From the NCBI RefSeq assembly GCF_006345805.1, contig NC_043022.1, positions 15,066,001 through 15,130,000 on the forward strand: a stretch of DNA of 64,000 bases, given 5' to 3'. Of the stretch, positions 62,981-64,000 are shown piece by piece. Positions within the stretch are counted from its first letter, which is position 1. Each line of letters begins with the position of its first letter. The translations under genes were made by a program, and so were the position numbers. The stretch comes from Octopus sinensis. Its lineage: Eukaryota. Below the pieces are notes generated by a model. The model was given only the letters and a program-made list of their open reading frames with translations, made no database searches and was not told where the DNA came from.

Positions 62981-64000
62981 TTAATCTGTGGCTCGAAGAA
63001 TCACCTTTCTCTTCAAGGTGGAATAACAACTTGAAACCTGATCCATGTTAATCTCTTTGCATTCCTTCGAAACTTCTGAATTTATATCAAGTGATAATGA
63101 TGAGATGTCACATCTATCTTTGTTCCTTTCATAAACACTGATTAAACTTTTTATGAAAAAAGAACCACTTGCCTCAGTTCGGTAAGCAAGGCCTTCTGGA
63201 ACGGTGGCAAAAGTAACATAGAGATCTGGAACGTTGAAATATTGCCCGATGTATTCCTTTTCAGAATTACTTTCGACAGCGCTGCTACATTCTGCGTCAA
63301 CTTTGACTTGAGTTTCACTTCGACAAGTATTTTCTTTAGTTGAAGAAGCGTCGGTGCCTTTCGGGACATTATCCTTCTCATGTTTAAATTGACAAGTGTT
63401 TACATAAATGAGCTTTGGTTTGTCTTTCAGCTCATAACTCTCCTTTAGAATGGTATTAATAGTGGAATAAGATAATTCCTTACCATCAGTTCCAATGATA
63501 CTCCCTCTAACACCATGGGACATCAAGAACATAACGAAACAATCTTCACGGGCTGTACTTTCCTTCGATGCTTTCTCAATTATTCTTTTCATGTCCTCGG
63601 CCGTTTTATTAGAATAAAGTTGAACATCGAAATTGAAAGCCTTGAAAAGTTCCCTGATACCTTCCACATCCTTTTCGCTTCCGAGCCTTTCATTGTATTT
63701 ACTCCCAACGGGAAATTTCACATTATTTATTAATATAACACGACCATGAGGTTTGAATTTCATCGGGTAGACTGACGGATCGTCTAATAGCTTGAGAATT
63801 TCCTTATGGTTTGACTTTTCCAAAGCCGACACAAATTTACGGGACCCATCCGGTAGTTTCTTACCTAGGATTTCGTGTAACCGTCGTTTCTGATCGTTAG
63901 AATCTCTTTCAGACATTATGCTCTCTTTATTGCTATATGTCAGCAAACCATTGGATAAAGCTTCATCTAAAAATGATTCGATATCGTCCATGAGTTTTAC
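62981..64000 (-). CDS. CARD-prodomain caspase, copy 3 (5' end lies beyond the window), long-linker form
   Basis: Frame is open to the window edge (..VKLMDDIESFL..); SHG and YVNTCQF; 50-aa linker. Confidence 0.92.
   Translation of the reverse strand, partial: VKLMDDIESFLDEALSNGLLTYSNKESIMSERDSNDQKRRLHEILGKKLPDGSRKFVSALEKSNHKEILKLLDDPSVYPMKFKPHGRVILINNVKFPVGSKYNERLGSEKDVEGIRELFKAFNFDVQLYSNKTAEDMKRIIEKASKESTAREDCFVMFLMSHGVRGSIIGTDGKELSYSTINTILKESYELKDKPKLIYVNTCQFKHEKDNVPKGTDASSTKENTCRSETQVKVDAECSSAVESNSEKEYIGQYFNVPDLYVTFATVPEGLAYRTEASGSFFIKSLISVYERNKDRCDISSLSLDINSEVSKECKEINMDQVSSCYSTLKRKVILRATD

Noticed and set aside
59808-63991. Caspase copies as pure assembly or haplotype duplicates
   Set aside because: Linker lengths, small subunits and spacers differ far more than expected for alleles; long-read confirmation is still advisable given the gap at 51.8 kb.

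Overview
Eukaryotic, repeat-saturated DNA. The SINE/LINE/microsatellite landscape looks like an octopod cephalopod (inference, no search run). Bases 1-55,900 hold no exon I can support. They consist of three tRNA-derived SINE families (my labels A, B, C), RTE, CR1 and Tx1-like LINE 3' ends, hAT/pogo/piggyBac-like MITEs, Penelope-like relics with decayed hammerhead motifs, foldback elements and mini/microsatellites. A 100-N gap lies at 51,799-51,898. The last 8 kb is a minus-strand tandem array of three intronless CARD-caspase genes (56185-57135, 59808-60779, 62981 to beyond 64000), with a CARD-only ORF (61666-61971) between copies 2 and 3. The caspases keep the His/Cys dyad but read NTCQx instead of QACxG. 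Copies 1 and 2 are about 90% identical in CARD plus large subunit but about 65% in the small subunit, and the inter-subunit linkers are 9, 11 and 50 aa. All four gene starts in view share a GGAAGTGAAA (ETS-IRF-like) box. The CARD-only gene appears to have gained its stop codon from a local foldback inversion, and its ORF is missing from the neighbouring repeat unit. The layout parallels the human CASP1/CARD16-17-18 protease-plus-decoy locus and is the best candidate for an undescribed system. Repeat boundaries were read by eye and are approximate.
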